Shown here: positions 1 through 11,400 of the stretch, piece after piece
Layout: each line of letters begins with the position of its first letter
Numbering within the stretch: the first letter of the stretch is position 1
NCBI RefSeq assembly: GCF_006345805.1
Contig: NC_042999.1
Location: 130,572,001-130,636,000 of the forward strand
Length of the DNA: 64,000 nucleotides
From: Octopus sinensis
Taxonomy: Eukaryota
Direction of reading: 5' to 3'
Made by a program: the position numbers and the translations under genes
Notes under the pieces: model-generated
The model's input: the letters and a program-made list of their open reading frames with translations, nothing else
Told to the model about the DNA's origin: nothing
The model's database searches: none

Positions 1-90
1 ACCTTTTTGATGTCACTCTCTGCTTTATACTATTTTATTCCTCCATCTTTCTCTAATTCCCTTTTTCTCCCCCTGTACCCATACATACAT

Positions 91-95
91 GTGTA

Positions 96-132
<37 letters not shown>
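91..132. repeat. Compound (TG)n(TA)n microsatellite
   Basis: Direct reading. Confidence 0.95.
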
Positions 133-133
<1 letters not shown>

Positions 134-516
134 AACTTTGCTTGTATTAGCATGAGGAATATAATACTGTAATATTAACTTTGTGGTCTTTTACCATTTT
201 AGAGACCCTCGGGGCACTGAAACAAGGTGCCACTTCCCTGTTAAATAGGTATCATAGTTCCCATTTCTGAAACCCCTACCCCTAATCAGGGCAAACTAGA
301 GAAGGTAAATAAATATTAATGTTATACTACACCTTATATAAGATCACAGATAGTTGATTGTTGGTTTAGCAATCTCTCCGATTCCAGAAAGCAAATGTGA
401 AATGAGATTATTATTGATTGTGTATTATTTTCAGTATATTTGTAAACTACTAATGTAATGAGGTATACTCAGCAAGTATTTCGTAACTCTACTCTCCCTT
501 TTTTTTTCTATTTCAG

Positions 517-3194
517 TTTAGGATCACTGGCTTTTCACCACAATTGAAAAAATTCTATTCTGCAGCTAATTCAAAATATTCCATCCTCATCCTCCATTTG
601 AGAGACAAGAAACCTCCCCGACACAATTCATTTCCCTTGTGGGAGTCAAGAGGATGTTGAGGCTTTGGAAGCTGAGTTAAGTGATGGTGCGGTTCAAAAT
701 AACCTGGTAAGTTGTACATTTTACATTTTCATGGTTTTACCTGCTGGTTCTCTGCCCCTCTCTAACTGATCTGCATACTTACATGTGACAATTACTTCCT
801 TCATGCTTCACATGTGTGTGTTTCCATATCCCACATACACACCAAAGATACTCACACCCATCATTGTGTGCTCGTCTCAGTACTCATAACCTCAGATTCA
901 GCTTCTTTTGAACATATAGTAATTAAAAATATTTAAGAGCACCAACCTGATATTCAGTTGAAAAGATTATTTCAGTAAGGTCCCAGCAGGAACCTCAGAA
1001 AGTAACATGGTGCCTGTATACTGTGGTTTACAAGTTCTGTTTTACTAGTAAAATAAGATAAGTCGACCAATGGCAGTGAGTTTAAATCCTCCAACAAATT
1101 TTCATCTGTTGAGTTGAAACTTTCATCCGTGAGTATCAAAGATATCAGCCTTTGTATGCCCAATTCCCCAAATTGAATAGCCATCTCCTAGGGATGAGCC
1201 AATATGTGTATTATCAGTATTTGCCAATATCCAATAATTCAGTATCGACCAATACCAATACCAAAATTGATATCTGTGCTCTGATTAAACAGGTGTGATA
1301 ATGCCACTCAGATAAGGAAGTTTATCTTACTGGATGAAGTGCTGCCGACGTAGCCATCAGCAGCACTGCACTTTCTAAGCTGAACTATTAGATATCACAG
1401 AGGAGAGGGTAGGTTGTCCAACAGTGTGACTCAACGAATCATCTCAGATGGAACTGTATTTGGGGTGTGTCTGTTTCTGAACATTTTTCGAGATGAGCTA
1501 TCACCATTACACATGTTGTGCAGCTGACAGCCAATCATATATCAGCTATCAATACTGGCAGAATTGCAATCTTTTGCTGATACCAATACCATGCCGATAA
1601 TCCACTTTGCTTCAAAACAATGACAGTTGCTACCAGCAGTTGTATTGACATTAATGTTATGGGGTGTATGCATTCTGGAGGTAAAACACGCAATTTTTCT
1701 TTTATATCTTTTTGAAAGAGCTCAGATCTATGTTAACCATTTACCCAAATCATCGATCAAAATGGCCAAAAAATAAACCAGTGTAAGACTACTACAGCTT
1801 GAAATTTCTTCGGACTCTCTCAGTAAAACCATATGGATATGGATATCTTTAGAACCGGCTCATCAAGCCACTTTTTTATTTCATTTAATTTGCCACAAAG
1901 GCAGTACACAGAGAAGCTACTTCTTACAATATCAGTATCTGTATGGTTTTGTTGAAAAATTGTAAGAATTATCTTTGAAAAATGGAGATATGCCAGTTTG
2001 GCTTTCAGAGTGTTGTGATTAACCACTATGCAAAGACACCGAATGTTATATATGTGAGGATAACTGCTGGTAGATCCTCATGCAGGTACACCTGTGTCCA
2101 CATATAACCCTAAAAATGAAAATCGTGCTACAGGCTTTAGCAATTTCTAAGTCAGGGTTCCCGTTGGTCCTTGAATTCCTTGAATACCCTTGAATTTCAA
2201 AAGTAAAATTCTAAACCTGGAAAGCCCTTGAAAATTATCCAGACACACAGAAATCCTTGAAAATTTAGGATTTTTATTTAAAAGTTTTATATTCAGTCTA
2301 CTCTCCATACTACAGAAGAAAATGTTCTACTTAAACCAATAGTCTGAATTCATATTTGAAATGTTTCCATGTCAGTGTTGTCTGTCTGTACAGGCAGCCA
2401 ACACTGGTGTGGAAACATTGCTACACATTAGTTGACAACTTGAGGAAATAAATTGGGCGATATTTAAACATTATAATTTGAGGACCTAAGTAGTGTAAAT
2501 AGTTTTGTTTTATCAGAAAAATGTCCTTGGAAACTCTTGAACTTTTGTGGAGTGGTTGCGATGACCCTTGAATCTAGCTTGAAAATACCCTTGAAAACTC
2601 TTGAATTTTCTTTTTAAAAACTTGCAGGAACCCTGTTAATTGTTTTTGATGTTTGACAAAAAGGCTATTATTCTACATTTTGCTTTACATTTGAGCATAT
2701 AGTTTATCCTTTGCTCATAGTGTATTGAAAATGACTTAATTTTTAAATTTTGATTTGCAGTCATTGGACTGAAAATGGCCCTGCGCTGGGCATATGATGA
2801 TATTAATATTCACTTTGAGTACTGTTTTAGCCAGACTGTGGGGTGGGGGAGAGTGGTTGTACTAGCTTTGGTAGCTTCTGACATAAAACAGTAGCGAACA
2901 TATATGAATGTTTTTATCTGTTTTCAATTAGTCAAATCCATGTAATTTATGCTAGTAGATTTTTGCCTTTGTGAATAGTACGAGTAAATGGATGTGAGTG
3001 CATTTGTTATTCTCACACTAAGAACTACTTTTAAGTAACATAATTAATTAATTTCAGGGGCTGTTTGCAAGACTATGCAAAATGCAACAGAAGCAGTGGT
3101 TGAGTTGGTGACTTGAGAATGGCTTCTGACTGCTAGTGACAGAAATGGTGGCCAAAAGAAGAAAGAAAAAAAATTTGGACAAGGCTCTTCTTGA
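517..3194 (+). pseudogene. Probable DUF4806-like pseudogene (two recognisable exons: 517/522-706 and 3058-3194)
   Basis: First exon reads ...I*ETRNLPDTIHFPCGSQEDVEALEAELSDGAVQNNL|GTAAGT. Last exon reads AVCKTMQNATEAVVELVT*EWLLTASDRNGGQKKK. This resembles the LP..P...E+..LE..L and W+..A.DR.GG pattern I recall for DUF4806 proteins. In-frame TGA at 598-600 and 3114-3116; the middle exon was not found. Confidence 0.45.
2153..2635. mobile_element. Non-autonomous DNA transposon (hAT-like MITE)
   Basis: TIR CAGGGTTCC...GGAACCCTG; many subterminal CTTGAA motifs at both ends; only a degraded 8-bp TSD (ttctaagt/ttaattgt). Confidence 0.7.
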
Positions 3195-4377
3195 CAATGA
3201 ATCTGCCACAGATCTCAGGTCTGCACAAATTGAAAATTAAGATAACCCATTAATGGGTTACCTTAATTTTTTAAGGCAATCCATTTTAGTGATGCACTTG
3301 TAACAATATGCTGAATAGCTTTGCATACATGGCTTGGTCTTCCATTCAAATTACTCATTCATCAGGTTAGTAAGTAATACTCCTATCTGTTGCTTCAAAT
3401 ACAATTTTATTGATGATATCTACACATGACAATATCTCTTGCATTTAATGTGTTCTTCCTATATCTGCACATTGTAAATATATTCATTTTTAACAAATCT
3501 CCCAAATTTCAAGTCATAAAATTGGACCCTAAAATTAATATTGTTACTCCTTATTTACTGGTTTTTATGTACAGATATGAATGATTGTTGAACTTTGTCA
3601 CAGATAGCCACAGCTGTATAACTGACCTTAACACCAATTAAATAAATATCTTAGTTTTACAGTGTATATTGGCCAGTATATTTTGTCTTTATTTTTATTA
3701 ACTTCTATATGTTGTAATTTACTTTTGTTGTGTTTTTTTTAAGTTATAGTTTATAAAATAAATTATGTTCACAAAGAAAAATGAGTTGTTCATTTTTTTC
3801 CCAGCAGTTTCTACTTGATTTTTTCAGATATTCCCATACACATGCTTGGTAAACTGATGCTCATACAGTTACATCTTCAAAATAAATTTACTATTGCTTT
3901 TGTTTAGCAGTGGGTGGTCCTTATTGGCTATAAATTGAAACAATATTACATTTTTATTTTCAAACAATGGGTGGGTGAGGCTGGAATCAGAGCAATTCAT
4001 GCCAGGGATCTGGTGCAATGCTATGGAGAACAAAGTGCGGCCAATGTCGAACTGGTATAAATGTTTAATCATACATTAATTAGCCCATCCTTGAATGTAT
4101 TTTGGAGCCAGACCAGGCATTTGGCAAAATTGGCTCAGGCTGATATTGAGACTTCTCAAGTTGAACAACCATATATCAGCCCAACCTCATTTTCATATTG
4201 GACCGATGTCACCTTCATATGAATATGACATTGGGCTGATGTCAACCAAAATCTCACATCGGCCCAACATCGAGGAATATGTTGGCTCGCTGTCACGCCG
4301 TGTTGCAAAATGAGATTGGGCCAAAATCGAACCGACACAGTTTTTGATGTAGGGCCGATATGGTTTTGCTGGCAGGG

Positions 4378-4700
4378 TATCTTGCCGCCATAGCTCAGGT
4401 CGGATCCCCGACGCCACTCTGAATCCCATAATTGGAAGGTTTCCCGCCACAACTGGAGGCAGTAGGTCTTGAGTGTAGGGATAATAAGCGTCTCGATGGT
4501 ATAACACCCCATATGAGGGAGGCAGATCCCTAATCTGGGACGTGAAGTACTGCGACACGTTCTCCGGCTCCGATCTTGTTGCATCGGTCGCAAACTCCGG
4601 GTATCACAGCCCATAACACTGTAGAGCGAAAGATAAATAAATACGGTCAAAATTATATCAACGTTTTACATTATATCGATGAAATAATTTGGATCTTTTC
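4378..4700 (+). mobile_element. CRE/R2-superfamily non-LTR retrotransposon fragment (restriction-like endonuclease domain), frameshifted
   Basis: Joined frames: SCRHSSGR..ATLNPIIGR / FPPQLEAVGLECRDNKRLDGIT / PYEGGRSLIWDVKYCDTF / TPGITAHNTVERKINKY. This matches the C..S.GR..RH..LN, KRPDG, L.WD.T..DT and E..K..KY motifs of RLE domains. Confidence 0.7.
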
Positions 4701-5073
4701 AATCTCAGTTACAGATTTCAACATACATCCCACCAGGAATCTAGCAAAACAAATACATAAACGTAATAATTAAATATCATCTGCCAGCTATTTTTGAAAA
4801 TCAAAGTTAAAACAGTGTAAACATACATTCTCCCCTATCATTTCACTATGTCTTCTATGAAATACCTTTTGTCTCATTCAATATTATTCAAATATGAATT
4901 GATACAATGTTCCTCATTGGAACCAACGGATTTATATTTAATGTGTAATTATAAATTAAAGACCGGTTTTTGTCAAATTATCTCCCTTTTACTCTAGCCA
5001 TGTGTTTATTTTAACGCAATACTAATTTTTACCTGTTATTGTATTGACAAGTACTTTTTGAGACTTTGTGCAA

Positions 5074-5475
5074 ATGTCAAAATATTTTGTTAAATGTGTT
5101 CGTCCTAGTTTTAGAGAATTAAGTGCGACATTTTTTCAGAACAAAGAACTTTTAACTTTTTCATTTAATTCTCGCGAGCTACATTATGTTTACTGCAGGT
5201 CTTTTAGCTTCAGTATAACATCGTTTTTAAAACGTAGTTTGAACTCGTCTAATTTTATAAAATCTCAGTCTGTTAGTTTAACCATGGCTAATCTTAGTTC
5301 TACTGATGCTGATACGAAAAATGGAAACGAAACGTTTCAAATCACTGAAAATCAGCCAGAAACTGTTACAGCTTCTATAGAAAAGGAAAAATGTGAACAC
5401 TCAAAATATGAAACCAGTAAAACAGAAAATGCTATTCCATTAACGCAAACAATGTCGAAACGAGCTTTAAAGAAA
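5074..5475 (+). CDS. RPUSD2: RPUSD2 exon 1 (two in-frame ATGs, 5074 and 5284)
   Basis: Open frame MSKYF...LT-MANLSS...SKRALKK; donor GTACGT at 5476. Confidence 0.85.
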
Positions 5476-8400
5476 GTACGTCTCTTTTACTATCTTTTCT
5501 TTTACAATAATAATCTCTTTTATAATAATTGTGATTTTGATACATGGCCAAGAAATTGTGGGGAAGTGTTAAGTTGATATCATCGATAGGAATTAATTTG
5601 ACTGAGCGCCTTGTCGGCTCAAGTAGACTTCGGTGGGATTTGAAATCATAGAAGTGGAAGAAATGCTGCAAAGCATTTTTCTAACGATTCTACCGATATA
5701 TCTCCTTTGTCACTATAAACTTTTATCACTTTTTACACACCAAAAAGAAACATAAATTATTACACGACCTTAAAATTAGTTATTGATTACCATATGCCGT
5801 ACATGTTTATAGTTTGTAAACAGTGAGGATACCTGAGTACTCCCATCTCATTTCCTATGGTATACGAATTCAAAATTTATTGAATAATGTTTACTGTTGC
5901 AGACCACTTAGTTTCCTTGTACTCTGTTATTTGATATACTTGAGTCATGAAAAGAAACCTCACTTCATCCGTGCTTTCTCATCAATTGCATCGTCATGTA
6001 AATAGTCTTAGCATCGTTAACCACTTATCACGTGTACACATCAAGTGCACTTTTACAAAAAATTCTTTCATAATATATATTTTTTCATTTATAAGTCTCT
6101 GCTACCTTCAGATAGATTTGAAAGTAGAATGAATTAGAACCGATGAGAATGCCTCTCAACCTGCTGGAAGTAGCAACCTCTTTGAAATGACACTCTACCA
6201 TTACTAGAAGGACACATCATGTAATATAGTCTTATATACCTGTAAAAGTACAGGTGAAATAGAAGAAAATCGGGGCGAAGGTAAAGAATACGTACACCCG
6301 GTGGTTAGGGTTTTTGCTACGCCGAAAACCGGTGGTGTACGTATTTTTTACCTCCGCCAAATGTTTGCGTAATTAAATTCGAAATACTTGAAGTATTAAA
6401 ACAGCTTTTAAATTATTCTTTAAACAAGGAAGTGTCGGCGTTAGTAAAAAATAATTTCGTTTTTAAATGAGCTGCATATGTAACATTGAAAATTACCGAA
6501 TTAATACTGTAATCTAATGTAGTGACTTGTGAGAACTGAAAATGAGGGAAAACGATTATTTTAGACAAGAAGCCTAATGTTTTAGGGTATTTGGTTGTTA
6601 CTTTTAGCAATGAACTAGGTAGTTGCATATGCCCTTAAACCAAGACTACATACATACTCATCGCTTTCTTGTCACCCTTCCTTTTGTGCCACTTCTTCCA
6701 GATCCCCAAAATTGAGTGCAGGTCATTTTGATGTAAAAAGGTATTTAAGATGTTTGCTTTGCAATGATAGTTCCAAGTTTTAATCCCACTGTTGGTCTTA
6801 GGAGGGGTATCCAGCTGTAGAAACCAAAGTATGATGCAGTCTTTGGACTTGTTGGATCCTGTAAAATCATTCAACCTATGAGAGCATGGAAGATGGTTGT
6901 AAAAAGGTGATGATGATGTGTGGCGCTTGGAACAAGTTTTATCTCCCATAACCTTGAGTCAACCAAAGCCTCGAGTGAAATTCAGTAGACTGAAACTGGA
7001 AAAGTGGACCATTTTTGTTCTTGGGTTGTAGTCTTAATTCATTGGTTTAACTACACTACCTGGCATTTCCACTGCTCTGTTGCAAGCATCTAGTACAGAT
7101 CTATGGTCTGAGGATGACTTCTCACCATCTACAGTGACCCTAGAGGTTCATGAGTGCTGCACTTCTTCCTCTGTAAAAACTACAATAATTCTTTCAACTA
7201 TAGGCACACGGCCTGAAATTTTGAGGGAGGGGGATAACTGATTACATTGACCCCCAGTGCTCCACTGGTATTCATTTTATTGACTTTGAAAGGATGAAAG
7301 ACAAATTTGACATTGGTGGGTTTTGAATTCTGAATGCAAAGACAGACAAAATTCTACTGAATATTTTGTCCAGTGTGCTAATGATTCTGCCAGTTTGCTG
7401 CATTTGACAAAGCTATAATAATAATAAAAAATTTTTTTAAATAGAGTAAGCTATTTGCCAAATCCTTCACTTCTTCCAGATGTATTGTTCTTTCCTGGAG
7501 TTCATTCCTTGTCCATATTTCCCCAGTAATAGTTCACTTATTGATGTTTAAACTAAATATCAACTTCACTAATTTGAGAGGACCTGTGAAGGTCTCATGC
7601 ACTTTCAAAATTTTTTTCAGGGCCTCCAAGACCAGTTGGAGAAAATTGTCTTCAAACCAGGAACTGTACTTACATATGACTCTATCTAACTTTATACGAG
7701 ATGAGAAATGAAAGAGGTGAAGACAATGAAACAAAAAGAGAGGAAACTAGAGAGAGAGAGAAGAAATATTGAAGTGAATGAGAATAGTGAAAGAGTGATA
7801 GTGTAAAAGTAAGAAAGTGAAAGCTTGACTTTTTGAATATACAAGATAATAGGAAGTCAAATGAAGTTATTCTCAGTCACTGAACTCCAGCTGTAGAAAG
7901 ATGAAAATTATCACAAGAAGTCAATGTTTAATATAAATGCCAGTGAAAATGTGTTGTAAAAAGACATGATACACAAGAAAATGGTGCAAAGCTTGAAGAT
8001 TAACAATTACTAAAAGGAGTCAGATGTAAACATAATAATTTTCTGTGGAAGCTATGTTAGTTTCTAATGAATAAGAAATTTAATAAATCATTACAGTACA
8101 ATGTTAAGTAAGAATTTATTATTCATTGAGCATGTTAATGAGTAGTGCACAAATAGAGCACAAGATATACAATTTTATATTTACATCTAAAGAATGAAAT
8201 TCGAGAGACTTACCAATTTTTAATGTAGTGGGGGACAGAGGATGAATTAATAAATGTCTCTAAAATTTGAAAATTATTGAACAGAGATCTTATGTATAGC
8301 TTACTACTTTTTACGTAATGTTCAGATAGGAAAGAAATATTAACCACTGGCTACTTGGATATTCTGGTTACCATTGAGAAACTGTAAATAACCTGTTGTA

Positions 8401-11400
8401 AGCGTTCAAAATTTCTCTAACATTTGAGCCTGTTTAAAACTTCTTCAACCTTACTATTTTGAATTTCAGTGGAGAAAGAAACAAATTGAAGCTAATTGTA
8501 ATGATGGCCTCTTGACTACAAATCCTCGCCCTGGATATGGAGCTGATGTCCTTCATGAAACTGAGTATTATTTTGAGAACAGTGAGTAAAGCTTTTTTTC
8601 TATTATAAACACCAACATTCTTTTTAGTATTACATTCAGTTTAAAGATATATTTTCTCCAAGTTTTAATTTCCTGATATTATACACTTCCATTATTTGAT
8701 GTTGGTGTATAATGAGCCCCCTGCCACCACTCCCATTTTTTTTCTTTTTTTGTGAGACTATTCTTACTTGGAATAGGATATCTGTCTCTAGGAGACTTTA
8801 CTCATGAGAGAATCTGAGCTCCATGCCATTGATTCAAAATAACTGTATCATCAGTTAGTAGTGTCTTGTTGCTTACATAAGTTTCCCCATATATTATTTA
8901 AATCAAAGTAGACTGAACTATTAGTTTTAAAGTATCTTTTTTTAGAACACATCAAATACTGGCATCAGCATGCATCTACTTATAGCATATATCTAATGTA
9001 TATTTATGTACTGATATACAATATCCTGATCACTTAGTTTGCTGAGAGCCAGTTTTTACTTAGAGAAAGGAAAATGAAAAATATAATGTCCCCTAATATT
9101 TTTAAACACATTTACAGCATTTGTAAAGTAAAATTCCTTCCACCAGGAATTTAAACTTCTTGTTCTACAGAGCTTCATATCTAGTTTTCATATTGAAATA
9201 TGTATTTTTCCTAATTAAAATAAGCAACCTGTCAACAGAGTTAAACCAAAATTATCAACTGTAATTGAACTTAACTTTATTGAATAAATGCCTTTTCTCA
9301 TGAGTTCAAATCTAGTTGTCTCTAGATTTTACCTCTATGTTGTTTATCTCTTTCCATCATATTGGCCTCTCTACAGTTTGGAGGTTTCATGACTTATTGA
9401 AAATCTATTTACTGTTTGATTGTTTTAAACTTTAACTTGTTTGTATTTGTTTGCATGAATTGTTTGCCTAGAAGGTTTGTAGGTGAATACCCTTTCTAAT
9501 GCTGATTGCCTAGACATGGAGATAAATTAAATAAAGCATACAGAAGACAGTCCATTTAATGCCAGTTGTAGAATTCTAACTTAAGAGCTTAATTATTCAA
9601 CCATTCAGCTCCCTATGTCACATTGTGATATTGATTTTTTTGTAACTAACTTTCCTGCCAAAAATTGAAATTCACTAATTGTTTAATCATTTAAAAATAA
9701 TTAACACAAAATTTAGTTGAACTGAAATAAAACTTTTATCTATTGAGAACAGTGTAACTTAAACTTTATTTTTTAATAACTATTCTATCTTGAATAGATC
9801 TTCGGAAAGTGTATCCTTATTACTATACCTTCAACTCACATGTGAAAGGCAGATGGAGAGGAAGAACTCTGATGGATGTATTTGTGAAAGAGTTTCATGT
9901 AGTGTCAGAGCAATCATTGGTATGTGAGAAAAACACTTTTGATTTATATCAGTAACTGAATAGTATTAAATTTAAAATAATTTTTTTTTAAGCCATGGCT
10001 ATATTATTTTCCAGAAATAAAGCTGTTCCTTTAACAAAAATCCTAAGATTAAGCAATTGCTCTGTGGCTCAGATATTCTTAACAAACATTACATTTTTAA
10101 AAGTAATATGATAAAATTGTTTTGTTGTAAAATAGTTTGATTCCTGTTAATGGATAGCTGAAAATCAGTCTTATTATAAAACTATAGAAATTAAATATAC
10201 CATTTAAAGCAGCTTCTCTTTCTCCCACTTTTTAGAAAATTTTGCTCATAGTAATATCTCTTGTAAATAAATAACTATTTATTGTTAAAACTTTTTTCAA
10301 AGTATCACAAAAGCTATGAAAGTGATGTTCATTGATTCCTAATTAATAATTTTCCATATTTTGTTGCAAAACATTGTATAGATTTTTTTCCTTCAACCTT
10401 AGAATATTATTCTTTAGAATTATATTTTTTATTGATTAATAATTGTATAAACTTTATCTTATGATTGTAAGGTATATGTGAATTAAGTTCTCATTTTAAG
10501 ATCATCATTGATATTTTAATGGCATTTTTTTCCATGTTGGAAGGAGCTTATATATTGCAATTCATATCAGTCATATATAATTTTATTTCTATTATTACTG
10601 TCTCTATTACACATATTAGCCTATGTTTCTAATACTCATTTGTCTTCATTTCACTCAAGTTAATGCCTCACATCCAACAGTTTATACTCAGCTTATTCTA
10701 TTGCTACAGATCTTTGATAGTAATCACCTATATTTCACTGTTATCAGTAGGATATTTCTTACACATACCTCTTTACCATCTCATAATTCCTGATACCAGT
10801 TCTTTTGTTATGCTTCACTTCATTCACATTCATATTTCAAATCTATTATTGTTCTCTTTTCAGATAGATGACATGAAAAATGGAGTATTGTTAGTAAACA
10901 GCAAACCAACTGTAGGTGATTATGAGCTGAAATTTAATGATGTAATTTCACATACCATACACCGGTGAGTAAATTTATTGTTGTTATTGTAAATATTTTA
11001 TTTAAATACCTGGAAAATTTGAATATTTCACCTTTTCTGTATATCTATTTTTTAATGTTAGTTTTTGAATGTTTATTGTCGAAGCAAGATTTGTTTCAAA
11101 GTTGGATATTCTTCTTGGCGTGTGTTTAGAACTAGAGATCCAATCAATGTAATCTTGCAGGAATGACTAAACAAGTGGACGGAATATTTGCAGAACCTTC
11201 TCAGTAGTCTCCCACCAGTTTCAGATAGACATAAACACTGCTGTTAAACATGATCTTGGCACAAAACTTGCTTTCATGTTAAACTCACTGAAATCCTGAA
11301 AATAAACCAAAAACAAGACAGCTGAAGACAGGGACATTTATAGGAGAAACTCTTCAAATTTTTTAAATGTAGTATGTAATTGGTGCTCATTTCAGAAGTG

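Noticed and set aside
4156-4650. 164-aa and 121-aa minus-strand ORFs
   Set aside because: They are antisense to a recognisable RLE fragment and run into a repeat; GC richness explains the lack of stops.
5170-5178. TCTCGCGAG housekeeping-promoter-like motif
   Set aside because: A single 9/10 match that lies within the putative coding extension; unsupported without TSS data.
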